Assembly: GCA_022813865.1 (NCBI GenBank) | Contig: JALDZX010000007.1 | Span: 434,001-498,000 of the forward strand | Reading direction: 5' to 3' | Source: Xylographa opegraphella | Taxonomy: Eukaryota | Length of the DNA stretch: 64,000 nt | Made by a program: the position numbers and the translations under genes | In this document: positions 1 to 12,139 of the stretch, piece after piece | Numbering within the stretch: position 1 is the stretch's first letter | Layout of the letters: every line of letters starts with the position of its first letter | Notes under the pieces: generated by a model | What the model saw: the letters and a program-made list of their open reading frames with translations, nothing else | What the model was told of the DNA's origin: nothing | Databases searched by the model: none

Positions 1-665
1 CAGATCTGCATCACCCATCCTGGTCCCATTTAGCCAACCTCCTGCCCGAGGTAATCTCGTTTCTGAAGCCAAATCCGCATACCTGCCTCGGATGAGCGTG
101 CAGTAAGCGGCTAAATCCTTCGTACGACGCTTCAGCCCTCAAACCCTCCCCTTTCACGACCTATGCAATTCTCCATCCTCCCTCCCCGCATCCTCCAATC
201 AGCCCCATCATTTTCCTGGCTCGAGCCGGTCATGTTCAAATAGGGTCTGGCTCGGAGGAATCGGGACTTCTGCTGAGCTGTGTTCAGCGATGCGTGTTGG
301 GACGTTCGGTTTTGATAGAGGGACAATAGTCGCGGTTTTATGCTTTGGACCATTGGGTCTGATGAGGGACGTGGGACGTAGGTCGTTCGAGGGTTTTCTT
401 CTGGGGTTCGAGAGGTCTGGTGCATGAGCTAGGGTAGTGGGGATGTAGGGGAGGAGGGGTGTGGTTTCCTGAACTTATTAGGGTCGTCCTATACCTACCC
501 AGAGCTACCAACGGTACTGCGCATTCGCTGAAGCAACTTCCCCAGGCCACGCGCAAATCTCTGCTAAGAGATGCTTCCCTCGCCCCTCTCGCCCACCGTA
601 TTGAGCCCGTTCTTCAGACCGTCTCCCTTGTGCCATCTGTTTATGCACATCGAACACGGCACCTT

Positions 666-1912
666 TCACTCCCGCCACCGCACGCCCCACTCCCCCTTCG
701 CGAAACTCGCCTCCACCACCCGCCCGTTCTGCACGGCTTCGCATTTCCGCCTCTCGTCACCGGCCGCCGGCTGCGGCCCTGTCCGGCTTCGGCCGTGGTC
801 GGGAGCGGGCCCGACGACGAAGCCGAAGGCGACTCCGCGCCTGGCGGCTTGGCGGACGAGTTCGCGCTCTTCGGCCCGCTGCTGGCCCGCGCGGCGGGCT
901 TCGAGATCTGCCGATAAGGGTGGGGAGAGGGGGGGCTGGAAGGGGTTGGTGGGTGTTGTCGGTGGGCCGTTCCTTGTGCTCGGGGCTTCGTGCTCGGGTC
1001 GCTGGCTGGAGCTCTGTGAGGGGGACAGGCGGATCGGGACGCCGGCTACTTCGTCGTCGTCGTCGTCGTCGCTGCTGTAGCTGGCGGTGCTGTCCTGGTA
1101 GGGGCTGAAAGCGCCGTCTTCCATGTCGACGCTCTTCCACTCGGCTGCGTCTTGCACGCCCCGCTTCGGCCTGTTCTTCTGCCGGCCATAAGTCCTGGTG
1201 GGGTCGGGCATGTGGTTGAATACGAGATGCTCGACGTCGCTGCAGAGGACGAGGCGGCGGGGGTCGCCTTTGGACGGTTTGGGTTTTGGGCGGCGGGAAG
1301 TGGACGGTGAAGAGGAAGTCGAGGGGTCGCTGGATAGTAGGGCGACGAATGTGTTTTCGATCTGTCGCTCTAGGCTTTCTGCTGAGGGCCGAGGCCGGTG
1401 GTTGCGGCATCGGTCGGAGCAGTAGCGGGGTGGGGTGTTGGGGTTCTTGGTGTGGGATTTTCGGGGGGCTGGTTCCTTGGGGAGTGGTGTTAGAAGGGTT
1501 GGGAGGGATTGGACGATGGGAAGGGGTGGAGGTGGAGCGTGGGATATGGAAAGCTTATCAAAAACGCAGGCTGTTAAATAATGATACAGGGATATTCCCG
1601 ATGATCGAGGTGAGACTCAGGTCTTAGAATCAGGGCAAAAGCAGATGTAAGAAATATAAAAATTATGATAAATTGATACGAGGGCCGCCGTACAACTATT
1701 TCCTCATCGAGATAATCATGACTATGCCACTCGCTCTTCCACATCGACATGTAAAAGTACAGCACGCATACGTAACAGTACAGTGGGAAATATCACCCAC
1801 ATATCACCCGCCCACACGTCCAGCAATACAGCACTGAACCCTCTCCACCAAATTTGCCGCCAGCTATCGACGGCGGTGGAGCGTCGGCATTCTTGCCAGG
1901 ACGTGTGGACAT
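666..1912 (-). CDS. DUF2256-type Cys4 zinc-finger protein with a DUF3253-like C-terminus (2 exons; intron 1469-1800)
   Basis: Exon 1 (1912-1801) reads MSTRPGKN...YCWTCGRVI and ends at a GTGGGT donor. A CTAAC branch point and CAG acceptor follow. Exon 2 continues in frame SPRKSHTKNPNTPPRYCSDRCR into ORF 666..1211, ending ...VRQAARRGVAFG...EASFAKGEWGVRWRE. The CxxCGR..YCSDRCR pattern resembles DUF2256. Confidence 0.7.
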
Positions 1913-2629
1913 CCTGCTAGTTTGCCGGTTCAAGGAAATTGAACCCAGTGACGAGTTGATGAGAAGCGAGAACCGGTATGGATAGGAGGCGGCTGTAGTT
2001 CTGAGCGTATCTAGGCGGAGCGGCTGCCACTGAATGCGGGAAAGGAGGCCATTTTGGATATGCTGGAAGGATGGAGTGCGAAGAAGGGAGGGTTGACGGA
2101 GGTTCAAGACCATGTGAGAGGGTGCTGGTCCATTTACTACCGACTATTGTAATCTTGACGGTTTGCTGCCTTTCCAATCATCGATGACGCTGCATCTAGT
2201 CTAGCGTGGCTCTGGTCTCACACCCCTTGTAGTGATCATGATTTTACGACTACACAGGAACTGGGTTGAAGATTGTGTTTGTTGAATATTGCGACGATCT
2301 ACACAGCTTCGGATCACATCAACTACGTTGGAGCTTGATTGCCTTAGTGCAAAGGAAGTGTGAATACGTTTGACCCCACTGTCGGTCAGGATACGACTAC
2401 AGGAAGTCACTTGTAGGAACAATGTTTCAAAAACAATTTTATTCTTCAGTTCTATGTCACCGCAGCATCAGTTCATAATACTTGGTCACTTATTTTAAGA
2501 ATGTCTCGATATTTGAAACCCCCTTCAATTGCGGTCTATTCATGTCCTGCACTTTCACCAAGGATCAACGCTGCATACCTACCTTATGGTCTACTACGAA
2601 CAGCCCCATTTGGTACACAGTTATATAAT

Positions 2630-3437
2630 TTACTTTCCATATACCTTGAGTCTTGGCTCCAGAGGCGCAAACTTCTTGTCCACACCCCCTCGGGGTGGAC
2701 CCGCTGGTGTTCCAAAAACAAGCTGGCTGCGCAAGCTCCATTCTTTGGGCACATTCCACTCTCTCTGCACTGCGGCACTGATACCCGGGTGATAGTGCTG
2801 CATATTACAACCGAGGCCTTCAGCACAGAGTGCGGTCCATACTGAGGGTACTGTGTTAGCCTTGCTAGGAGATCGTTTACTATGATCGAGTATTTACTGA
2901 CCGATGAACTGGTTCATACCCTCGGAGTGCTCGTACCCTACTGCTTGTTAGTAGATATTGAAGACAGGCGGTGAAGGCCGAAATTACAGTCAGGGTACTT
3001 CGCTAGCAGGTCTTGGAGCGGAGGCGGGAGTACGGCGGCGGCAGAGGTATCTTCGAAGAACAGAACCTGATGAGGGCAGACAACCGACTGTCAGCCTATA
3101 TTTCTAGACTCTGTTTCCAGACCACACGACAGAAGAATGATCTTACCGTGCCATACGCAGCGCGAAATTCCGCGACCTTGGGCAATATCGTCGCCTGCAC
3201 TGGGGGCGGCATTGTGGCCATCACGCTCTCCTTACCAAAGTCCCACAGCTTCTCGTGCTCCTGCCTGAAGAGCACAATGGCCCTGCAGGACTGTACGTGG
3301 AAGGGGCTGGGTGCGTATTTGATAGCGTGGCCGACGATATTGACGATGGTGTAGTTAGAGATGGGAGAGGTATTGGTCAAGGTAATGGTGGAGCGGCGCA
3401 CTTTGGTTGCTTCGAGGAAGGACATCTTATACGCCAT
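2630..3437 (-). CDS. Nitroreductase, Frm2/Hbn1 family (4 exons)
   Basis: Spliced product RRSTITL...AIKYAPSPFHVQSCRAIVL...HEKLWD...AYGT|VLFFED...WYEHSEGMNQFI|VWTALCAEGLGCNMQHYHP...WNVPKEWSLRSQLVFG...KVYGK* matches the Frm2/Hbn1 motifs. Three GT-AG introns. Start may be 3437 or 3425. Confidence 0.9.
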
Positions 3438-4364
3438 GTTGAATGGGAGAGGGATGACTTGGGATCAGGATATTCAGGCTTGTTGGAGCGAAAGCAATGG
3501 GTTTAACAGATGCACCGGTGAACGCTATGAAGACACCGGAAGGGAAGACAAGAGTTTATATACACCATATCTGCCTCACCCCAGCTCCGAAGCCATCGTC
3601 AACAACCAAAAAAGCAGGCATAGAATGCCACCAGAGCCAAGATCGCCTCGCCGTACTATAGCGACCATAACAGCTGATGATTGGTCACTACCGTTTCTTA
3701 TGCCTTGTTCGAGTGTTGTAGTGTTACCTTATTCATTATTCAGCGTTCGTCGTTGCTCGGAGGCCGAAGCAAAGACGCGATTTCTAAGCCAAGGCCGGAT
3801 AAGGCTATGCCCAAAACGGTATGGCGGGAGTGGACTTGCCACATGCAGCTGGCTTACCGTAGTGGATTAAAGGGGGTTAGCAGCTATTGAAACAAGGGAG
3901 AGCCGGGGCACTGTCCGCTAAGCTACGGGGGTACCTGGCACCTGAAACCACTGAAATACAGGCACCAGACCGCCTAAATACAGAACTTTTAGTCCACACG
4001 TCCCTCTCGCTCCAGCTTCACCCTTGATCTACATCACTTGTACATCCAGACCTGGTCGAGACTACTTATGCATGCTCTTGATCCCGAAACCCTTCATGTC
4101 GCACGGCTAGTCTCATCGATAGAAGGCTGAGAATATCTTGGGAAACACCTGAGGGATGAAGATCTAGTATATCAGATCTCGCTAAGGGCTTTCCTATGGA
4201 TAAATCTCAAATCTCTCGCCAACACCAGAATATATGGCAAGAACGACCCATCCAGAGCTAACGATAGCTGAAGCACTGCAAAATCTCAATGCGAGCATCT
4301 ATGCGCAATCGTGAGTGTGTTTAATCATACGCACCCAACTAAGCATGGTTAGTTCTATGCAGCA

Positions 4365-5969
4365 ATGTCGACCTCATCCAGTCAACAAAGAGGCCGCTCC
4401 AGTCCCAATTCGGACTACGAACATTCGAATCAGAGCAGCGACCAAGCTGCGTCCTCAGACCTGTCGGATGCGGCGACAACCGACGAAGAGGTTATAGGCA
4501 GTAGTGATCATGCGACTGGCAAGCGAAGAGGCCATGGACGACCACCACGGAGCAGATACCTGGGGGCTTATCAGCCGCTGCTGGATGAATTAGTTGCAGC
4601 CGATGCACACGAGATTCACTCCGATCCTGACAGCTGTCTGCGTCCAAGTCAATATGGTCTGACGCTCTGGTCTGCTTTTGAAAAGGAAAAACTTCTTACA
4701 AGCATTGAGAGACGAGGTGTGGATGATCTCCGAGGCATTGCAGATTTAATCGGGAGCAAGTCCGAGCCCGAAGTCTACGCTTATCTGGAGCTTCTGAAGC
4801 AAGCCACGAGGATGTATCACCGATATGAAGCCCGACCGCAACCGGTGGGCTTGTTCCACGTACCAGCCGCATGCGAGATTGGGAGCGACTGTGATGCAGC
4901 ACTTGATGCGATGGCTGACGCGTATCTCCGTAAAGAGACGCAGCTGGAAGAGTCTCGCGAAGAGGAGAAGTATGGTTCATTCTGGCTACTGAACGATGAG
5001 TCGGCAGCACAACTAGAAAGTTTCAAGGTAGGAGATACGTCTGCAGATCCAATGGCTGACAACGCCGACCTTCGGCTTGCTATGGAGCTCCTCGATCTCC
5101 AAGCCCTTCTAAAACTCTCCTCGTGTGTGTTCATGAATTCATCTATACCGGAAGATAACTGGCGACAATTTGCCGACACCGAGCAAGCGCCGAGTCTTTT
5201 CGCGTCCGCATTCTGTGACCTTCATCAACTCGTCGTGGGTCTCACCAAGCGATTGATTTCTTCCGTTATTTTCTTTGCAATGTCACGTCTCCGGTGTTCA
5301 AGGTCTAGCAGCTATCACCATGCCAATATTGTTAGGAAAGTGGATGTCATGGCAGCCCTTGACGTTCTTGGATTAAAGCACGATGCTGACGAATTTTGGA
5401 TTGACTCGGCAAGAAGATGCAAGCTCGATGTGTACGAGAATCCCAAAGCTAAGAACAACAGTGCAGATCGACTCAGTTATGACGAGGTCGAAGGTTACCT
5501 ACGGCAGCCACGCGGCACATCTGTCAGCATATCAAGAGTGTCAAGGAGTCGCTCCCCAAGAAAAGAGGAGTTTAAGGATACGACGGAGTTTGTGACAGGC
5601 GTGGAGAGTATAGAGCGCGAAGCTAATGACATCGCAAGTAGTCCAAGCTGGCACAACGCAGTTTCAGAAAGCTCCGAAGACGCGGTGGCAACCGAAACTG
5701 CTCGCGATAAGGTAGCCAATTCCACTCGAGAGAGCTCTCACGATAGCCAGGAATCATACGCCGATTTTGTAGACCGAGAGCAGGGTCAGCAGGAAGAGCA
5801 AAAGTTGTGGGCCATCCTTAAGCAGGAGATACCGTCAAGTACTAGACACGATTCCGAGCGACCCCACAAGCGGCCGAAGGTTTCACGAAAATCTGAACAG
5901 GAGCTGCGAGATTGGAGAGATACGGTTCAACATAAGAGTGAATGGGAGGAATATGGAGTACGATATTGA
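4365..5969 (+). CDS. RRN5: RNA polymerase I upstream activation factor subunit Rrn5-like (Myb/SANT domain)
   Basis: 534-aa ORF with a SANT-like segment (SQYGLTLWSAFEKEKLL...LRGIADLIGSKSEPEVYAYLELL) and the downstream LSSCVFMNS and DLHQLVVGLTKRLI blocks typical of fungal Rrn5. Confidence 0.75.
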   Translation: MSTSSSQQRGRSSPNSDYEHSNQSSDQAASSDLSDAATTDEEVIGSSDHATGKRRGHGRPPRSRYLGAYQPLLDELVAADAHEIHSDPDSCLRPSQYGLTLWSAFEKEKLLTSIERRGVDDLRGIADLIGSKSEPEVYAYLELLKQATRMYHRYEARPQPVGLFHVPAACEIGSDCDAALDAMADAYLRKETQLEESREEEKYGSFWLLNDESAAQLESFKVGDTSADPMADNADLRLAMELLDLQALLKLSSCVFMNSSIPEDNWRQFADTEQAPSLFASAFCDLHQLVVGLTKRLISSVIFFAMSRLRCSRSSSYHHANIVRKVDVMAALDVLGLKHDADEFWIDSARRCKLDVYENPKAKNNSADRLSYDEVEGYLRQPRGTSVSISRVSRSRSPRKEEFKDTTEFVTGVESIEREANDIASSPSWHNAVSESSEDAVATETARDKVANSTRESSHDSQESYADFVDREQGQQEEQKLWAILKQEIPSSTRHDSERPHKRPKVSRKSEQELRDWRDTVQHKSEWEEYGVRY

Positions 5970-6837
5970 ATCCATCTAGTGCGGTGCCATAGAGGACATC
6001 CAGCAGAGAGTTCCCATTGCTGGATCTTGGTAGGCTCCTGCTACATCGCAACGAAACTTCGAGATGCCTGAAGCAGTAATATGGCCGAGCTCAATGGTCG
6101 TGAATGAATGGCACAAGTAATACAAAACACCAGATCCCAAAAGTCTCATAGGCTACCCTACACAAGAGACGATACGTCCCGATCGTGAGTGTGAATGGAG
6201 ATTTATCATTCTGAGGTCAAACCAACATGAGAGCAAAAGATGGGATGGTAGACCGCAAGGCGAAAAAGCTGTCTCAATCTTGCGGGCTTCAGAGACTGTT
6301 GATTGGAACCAGCGGACAAAGCAATCTCCGCAGCACTCTCATGATTCTAGCTTCTACCTACATGAGAGAATGAGGACATGTAGTAACCCACCAGTGATTG
6401 GCCTCGATCAGCACATCCATTGCTTGACGGGCCGACCACTTCCATTACAGAACCAGAGCATGCTACCAATCAAGGGGATTGCCAGACAATCCCTGAGCCG
6501 AGCTGGCCAAATATCTAGGAATTAGTAGAGAGGACGAGGAATGGATCATACATAACTATAAACATAGACCTGTCAATCAAAAAAAAAACATATCGTCCCA
6601 CGATGGTGTAACTTCATAATGTGTCACATCAATACTGCTGTCGATCTGATATATGTGTACATTTCATGGGGCATGACGAGCTTCGGACCTGCGTGGAAGT
6701 TTCTCTATGCGTTATTACTATAAGGACTTCAGCTCTATGGAGAAGTATCGCGAATGAGGCGCTAGGATACTCAATCGCGCCCTGAATCCCGGCCCAATTA
6801 GCACGTGCTTTAGAGATTAGCGAGGGTCTTGGCACGA

Positions 6838-6860
6838 TTTTCGCGTTCGCGTGCCGCGTC
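6838..6860. promoter_or_regulatory. Cluster of CGCG-core MCB/SCB-like boxes upstream of the LSH-type helicase
   Basis: TTTTCGCGTTCGCGTGCCGCGTC: three CGCG cores in 23 bp about 280 bp upstream of the ATG. One reads CGCGAAA on the minus strand. Confidence 0.45.
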
Positions 6861-7142
6861 CGTTCGTGTCTTAATGACATAATGAAAACTATAGTGGGAA
6901 ACAATGGTCAGCGGCGACGACCTTCAGTAGTCACTCCTGCAATCGAGTCAATTGGACAGGTTGAAGCCGTTGCTCTAGTATTTTATCCTGCGCATCGGCG
7001 GTGACTGGCACAGCTCCCCTCGACCACTTGGCTCTACTTACTGATTTTGTTGCCACATTCGAAGACTCCCTTCTCTCCCAGGTTCACCTGCACCATCTCG
7101 ATCAAACACGTCAACGGCGCTTTTACAGCGTAGAATGCTAAG

Positions 7143-9981
7143 ATGAGCTCCACGCCCCTGACTCCCGTCACGAACTACGATTCCAACGACGGACGCTCAT
7201 CCAGCCCCCCAACTGCCCCTTCCTCGCCACCCGGAGTAGCCATGGATTCGGAAGGGATTGCTTCCGTTTCTAACACTATGGAAGCGGAAGAAAAGCGCAT
7301 GAAAGAACAGACGAAGCTTCGAGAAGCCAGGCAATCGCAAAAGGCACAAGCTGAGGACGACGAGGAGAAGGAAGCAAAGTATCAGACGCTGATGAAACTC
7401 GTCCAAAGTAGCAAGGTAAGCGTTTGATAGAAGCCCACGGCCCGCTGCTGGACATTGATATTTCGACTAACATGCTATATAGCTCTTTGCGTCTATCTTA
7501 CAAGACCGCCTGGCTGCGAAAGAACAGGATCACCAGCGGAAGGGCGAGTCGGAGAAGAAACGTATCGAGAAGAAGGAAGCGGCAGCCGAAGAAGTTGCTG
7601 TAACATCTCAGAGACGTGCGACTCGAGCAGCTGCAACGCAACCAGAAGATGGAGATGGAGATCAGGCCAAGACGAAGAGCGGGAAGATCAGTGCTAAGAC
7701 AATACCCACACGGCTGGAAAAGGAAAAATCCAGGAATAGGTCGATCGCCGATTATATGACTAGGGAAGATTTGCAAAAAGAATCTCGAGGATTGACGGTG
7801 AATGAAGCTCTTGCCGAAGCAGCTGAAGATCACAACGGAACACCAAAGACCATTGGTGCGCAGAATCTTCGCTCAGCAAACCAGCCAAAGGCTATCACTG
7901 GTGGTGTAATGCGAGCGTATCAGCTTGAAGGTCTCTACTGGCTCTCTTCCCTGTATGAGAACGGACTCAATGGTATTCTTGCAGACGAGATGGGTCTTGG
8001 GAAAACAATACAGACGATATCGTTCTTGGCGTTCCTTCGAGAGAAACAGACCTATGGGCCATTCTTGGTTGTGGCTCCTTTGAGTACGTTGAGTAATTGG
8101 ATTGAAGAGTTTGCGAAATGGACGCCGAGTATTCCGACAGTACTCTACCATGGATCCCCTTCAGAGAGGAGTGAGCTCCGACGGAAGAGGTTGGCTTTGA
8201 ACGAGAAGAGTGAAAACTTCCCTGTAGTGTGTACGTCGTATGAAATCGTTATGAACGATCGCAAATACCTTGCCGCGTATCAATGGAAGTATATCATAAT
8301 CGTGAGTAGGCTTTCAAAGTTATTTTTCTACCACTAACAATTGTTAGGATGAAGGCCATCGAATGAAGAACAAGAACTGTCGACTCATCAAGGAGCTGAA
8401 GCAATATCAGAACACCAACCGCCTTCTTATTACTGGGACACCGTTACAGAACAACATCTCCGAGCTCTGGTCCCTGCTCAATTATCTCATGCCAGAGATT
8501 TTCAGCAATGTCGAGAACTTTGAATCCATGTTTGACTTCTCCAGCATTACTGACAAAGATGGGAATAAGGAGGCCCTCGTGAAGCAACGAAAGAGCAAGT
8601 TCGTGGTGGCGCTGCATGAAATCTTGAAACCGTTCCTCCTCCGGCGAGTCAAGACTGATGTCGAAACGGATCTACCGAAGAAGCGAGAGTACATTCTGTA
8701 CGCACCTCTCACTGCACCGCAGAAAGAGCTTTATCGACAGATAGTGGATGGGAACAGTCGTGCTTACTTAGAGCAGCAAGCAATCGACCGCATTGTGAGG
8801 GATGCAAGTGCCACATCAAGCCGTAGCTCGAGTCTCAAGCGCAAAGCCGCGAATGGTACGGTCACACCCAATAAGAGCGCCAAGTCCAGCAGGGCGTCAA
8901 CCCCTGGAAGTATCCGATCCGCAAACTCGAGCCGGAAGAGTGCAAAGCGTAAGAATTATAAGGAAGTCAGTGATCAACAGTACTTCCGGAAATTGGGAGA
9001 AAGCAGCGAAAGCGAATCGATTGACGAGGAAGAGCAGGAAGAAATCGACCGAGCAAAAACGATAGAGCTAGCCAGTAAGTAAACACATGATCACGTAACC
9101 TAGCATTTGCTAACAGTATACTTGCAGAAAAGGAGATCAGTAACAAGAAGCTCCAGAACCCCATCATGCAACTCCGCCTCGCATGCAATTCTCCCCACAA
9201 CTTCTTCTGGCCATGGGACAACGACGAAACGCCGGACGCCACCCTCGTTACCCACTCGGGCAAAATGCTCATGCTCGACCGCCTCGTTCCCTACCTCTTC
9301 GCCGCCGGCCACAAAGTCCTCATCTTCTCGCAGTTCAAAACCCAGCTCGACATCCTCGAGGATTGGGCCTCTTTGCGGCACCACTGGGAAGTCTGCCGCA
9401 TCGACGGCGGCGTCAAGCAGGACGAGCGCCGCCAGCAGATCACCGACTTCAACACGAAGAAACACGTCAAACTCTTCCTCCTCAGCACCCGCGCCGGCGG
9501 CCAAGGCATCAACCTCACCGCCGCCGACACCGTCATCCTCTTCGACAGTGACTGGAACCCGCAGCAGGACCTGCAGGCCCAGGACCGCGCCCATCGCATC
9601 GGCCAAACGCGGCCTGTCATCGTCTACCGCCTCGCCACCAAGGGCACCGTCGAGCAGACGCTGCTCGAGAAAGCAGACGGCAAGCGCCGCCTCGAGAAGC
9701 TCGTCATTCAGAAGGGCAAGTTCCGCAGCCTGCTGCGCCGGAGGGTCGGCGACGACGAGGCCGACGACCTCGCCGACGCGCTGGAGGGTGACGATTTCGA
9801 GGGCTACGAGCCTGGCGAGGGCGCCCAGCAGATGCTCAGTGAGGCTGATCTGAGGGTCTTGACCGATCGCAGCGACGCCGCGTACGAGCGTGCGGAGAAG
9901 GGGCTGGATGCCGGGGAGAAGTTCAAGACAGTGGAGACGAAGAGGGAGGGCGATGGCTTGCTGGCGGATATGGCGGCGTAG
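7143..9981 (+). CDS. SNF2-family chromatin remodelling ATPase, LSH/HELLS/IRC5 subfamily (exons 7143-7415, 7483-8301, 8348-9074, 9128-9981)
   Basis: Motifs LYENGLNGILADEMGLGKT, DEGHR (start of exon 3), TGTPLQNN, LSTRAGGQGINL and SDWNPQQDLQAQDRAHRIGQ. No chromo, bromo or SANT domains, which fits the LSH subfamily. Confidence 0.9.
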
Positions 9982-10340
9982 GGTGGGGCCTGGGGTGTTG
10001 GTATTTGTGTCCTCGGGTAGTTGGCCTTGAGCGAGGAGCTGGAGGTGTTCGGGGGTTGTTTTACGACATGTCTGTTTCTTGAGCAGCAATGGAATATGTA
10101 GCGGTATGATAATGTTTGAAAATCGACCGATGGCCCATCATCAAGATTGTGTGCCTCTGGAACTGGTCTTTATGTCTGAAAGAGATCACTATCATTGATT
10201 ATGCAAAATGTCATTGACAAGGGCGAGTATTCTCCCCCGGGATCCATTCTACATACGCGACCAGCACCATGGGAGTACTCAGATCTTCGAACCCGACAAC
10301 ATACTCCCAGAACTCCAAACCATGCAACGCCCCCTCCACC

Positions 10341-11735
10341 CTACCGCCTCGCCTCCTCCAACTCCCTCTCCAACCCCTTCAGCACCTCCTCCCTCTTCCT
10401 CAGGTACGCCTCCAGCCCCTCCACCTGCTCCCGCACGCTCTGCACCTCCTTCCCCAGCGCCTTCAACCCCTGCCCCACCTTGACGGGCCCCTCCCCCTCC
10501 TGTAACAGCCGCAGCTGCCTGCGCTTCCAATCCAGCATCTGCTCCAGCTCGCGCTTCACCAGCGCCACCTTGCTGCCGTTGCGCCTGCCGCTCTTGGCCC
10601 GCTTCTCCGCCGCCAGCGCCTCCGCGCGCTCGATCTTCGCCACCAGCTCCGCCAGCTGCTTCTTCAGCCGCACTTCCTCCCATTCCGGCGTCATTGTCGT
10701 CCCCGCCGCCGCGCCCCCGGCTGAGAAATCCGTCCCCGTCGCCCGGAACGCTGCCGTGCCACCCCCCAGCCCCAGACGGCTCAGGTACGCGTCCCCGAAC
10801 TTGGCCTTCCGCCCCGTGGGCGTCTCCTCGCCCGCCGCCCAGCGCTGCGCCGGGGCGTCGCCCTGCTGCTGCCGATCGACGGAGTAGTCGAGGGTGTGGC
10901 GGTCGAAGGTGGCGCGCAGGGAGGGCGGCACGGAGCGGGGGATGCGGAAGCCGTCGTGGCGGTTGGCGAGGATGTGCAGGAAGGCGAGAGCGGCGTCCTT
11001 GCCGATGGCGGGGTCGGAGCGCGGGTTGACGAGGTTCCACGCCGAGCGGACGTCCGTGTCCGGCACGTCCAGGGACGCGTACAGCGGCTCCAGCGAGTCG
11101 AAGCTGACCTCCCCGCGCGCCGTCGCGTTCGCGCTGTAGATGGCCGTGTATTTCGCCGTCGCGCTCGGCGACATGTACCAGTCGAAGCCGTCTTTCAGGC
11201 CGGGCGTGTCGGAAGAGTCGGGCGAGTCCGGGCGCTCGAATGCCGGTTGCGTGCCGGTAAGGGCGCGGGCGGCGGCGACGAGGTGCGCTTTAGAGGACGG
11301 GACCAGCCAGTCGGGGAGCGTGGCGGGGACGGTGGGATATTCCTGGAGAGGGGGAGACGTGTGTTAGCGACGGTATAGTTTCGACTTTCATCGTGAGAGG
11401 CAAGCTCGCATCTCATGCTTCGACGTGACAAAAAAAAAACTCCAAGCTCCCCCGTCCCCCGGACACAAGAAGCAACAACATGCCGCGGGACGTACCCCAT
11501 TGACCAGATCGAAGATGAGGCGCATGGCCACGCAGAACTCCTCAAAGTCGAGGCTGCCATCGTTGTCCACTTCCGCGAGGTCCCACACCTTGGCCAGCTG
11601 CTCCTCGGAGAGCTGGCTGTTCTTGAGGACCGTCGCGGCCTGCTCGCCGTTGAGGTGCGTGCCGCCGTTGGAGAGCGAGGAGAAGATCTCCCAGTAGCGC
11701 TCGACCTCCCATTGCTCGATCTTTTTCTCGGACAT
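10341..11735 (-). CDS. END3: EH-domain endocytosis/actin regulatory protein End3 (intron 11343-11495)
   Basis: [21 protein letters not shown]...[35 protein letters not shown] (EH1). A second EH-like domain ([11 protein letters not shown]) and a C-terminal coiled coil ([14 protein letters not shown]) follow. Confidence 0.95.
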
Positions 11736-12139
11736 GGTGGGCCACAATCAATGGGGGCGGATGGAAAGTTGCGGGTTGCCGATGTGGTTGGGATATTTTG
11801 GAGGCGCTTTCGGAAGCTTACGCATGTTTCCGTCATAGTAAACTCGAAGCTTCACAATTCAGTTCATTATTTACAGTTCTAATATGTCACCAATCTACGA
11901 CACGTTTTATGTCCATAACCGCGTGTTACAACGAGTCCCTGATGTCGTAATGGGAACCCGTGTTAGTAGTACATATCTGCCTTTTGGAAAACAATACTGG
12001 CATACAAAAAGCACCCCAGTATCATTGTGCTGGTGAGATGCCTATTCGAAAGCTGCAGGGCACTGTACGTGGTGCTTCCGTCCACTACCAAAGGATTTGT
12101 GCAAGTCTCTCCCGAGAACAGTACACTCACTTTGTCCTT

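Noticed and set aside
4234..4365. Short upstream ORF (MARTTHPELT...) with a GTGAGT donor ahead of RRN5
   Set aside because: I could not join it in frame to the RRN5 ORF with any visible acceptor. It may be a 5' UTR intron or uORF, but support is too weak.
9100..11378. Long antisense and alternate-frame ORFs over the helicase exon 4 and END3 (also 22262..23530 and 23540..24415)
   Set aside because: Shadows of high-GC3 coding sequence. They have low-complexity R/P/A/G composition and no recognisable motifs.
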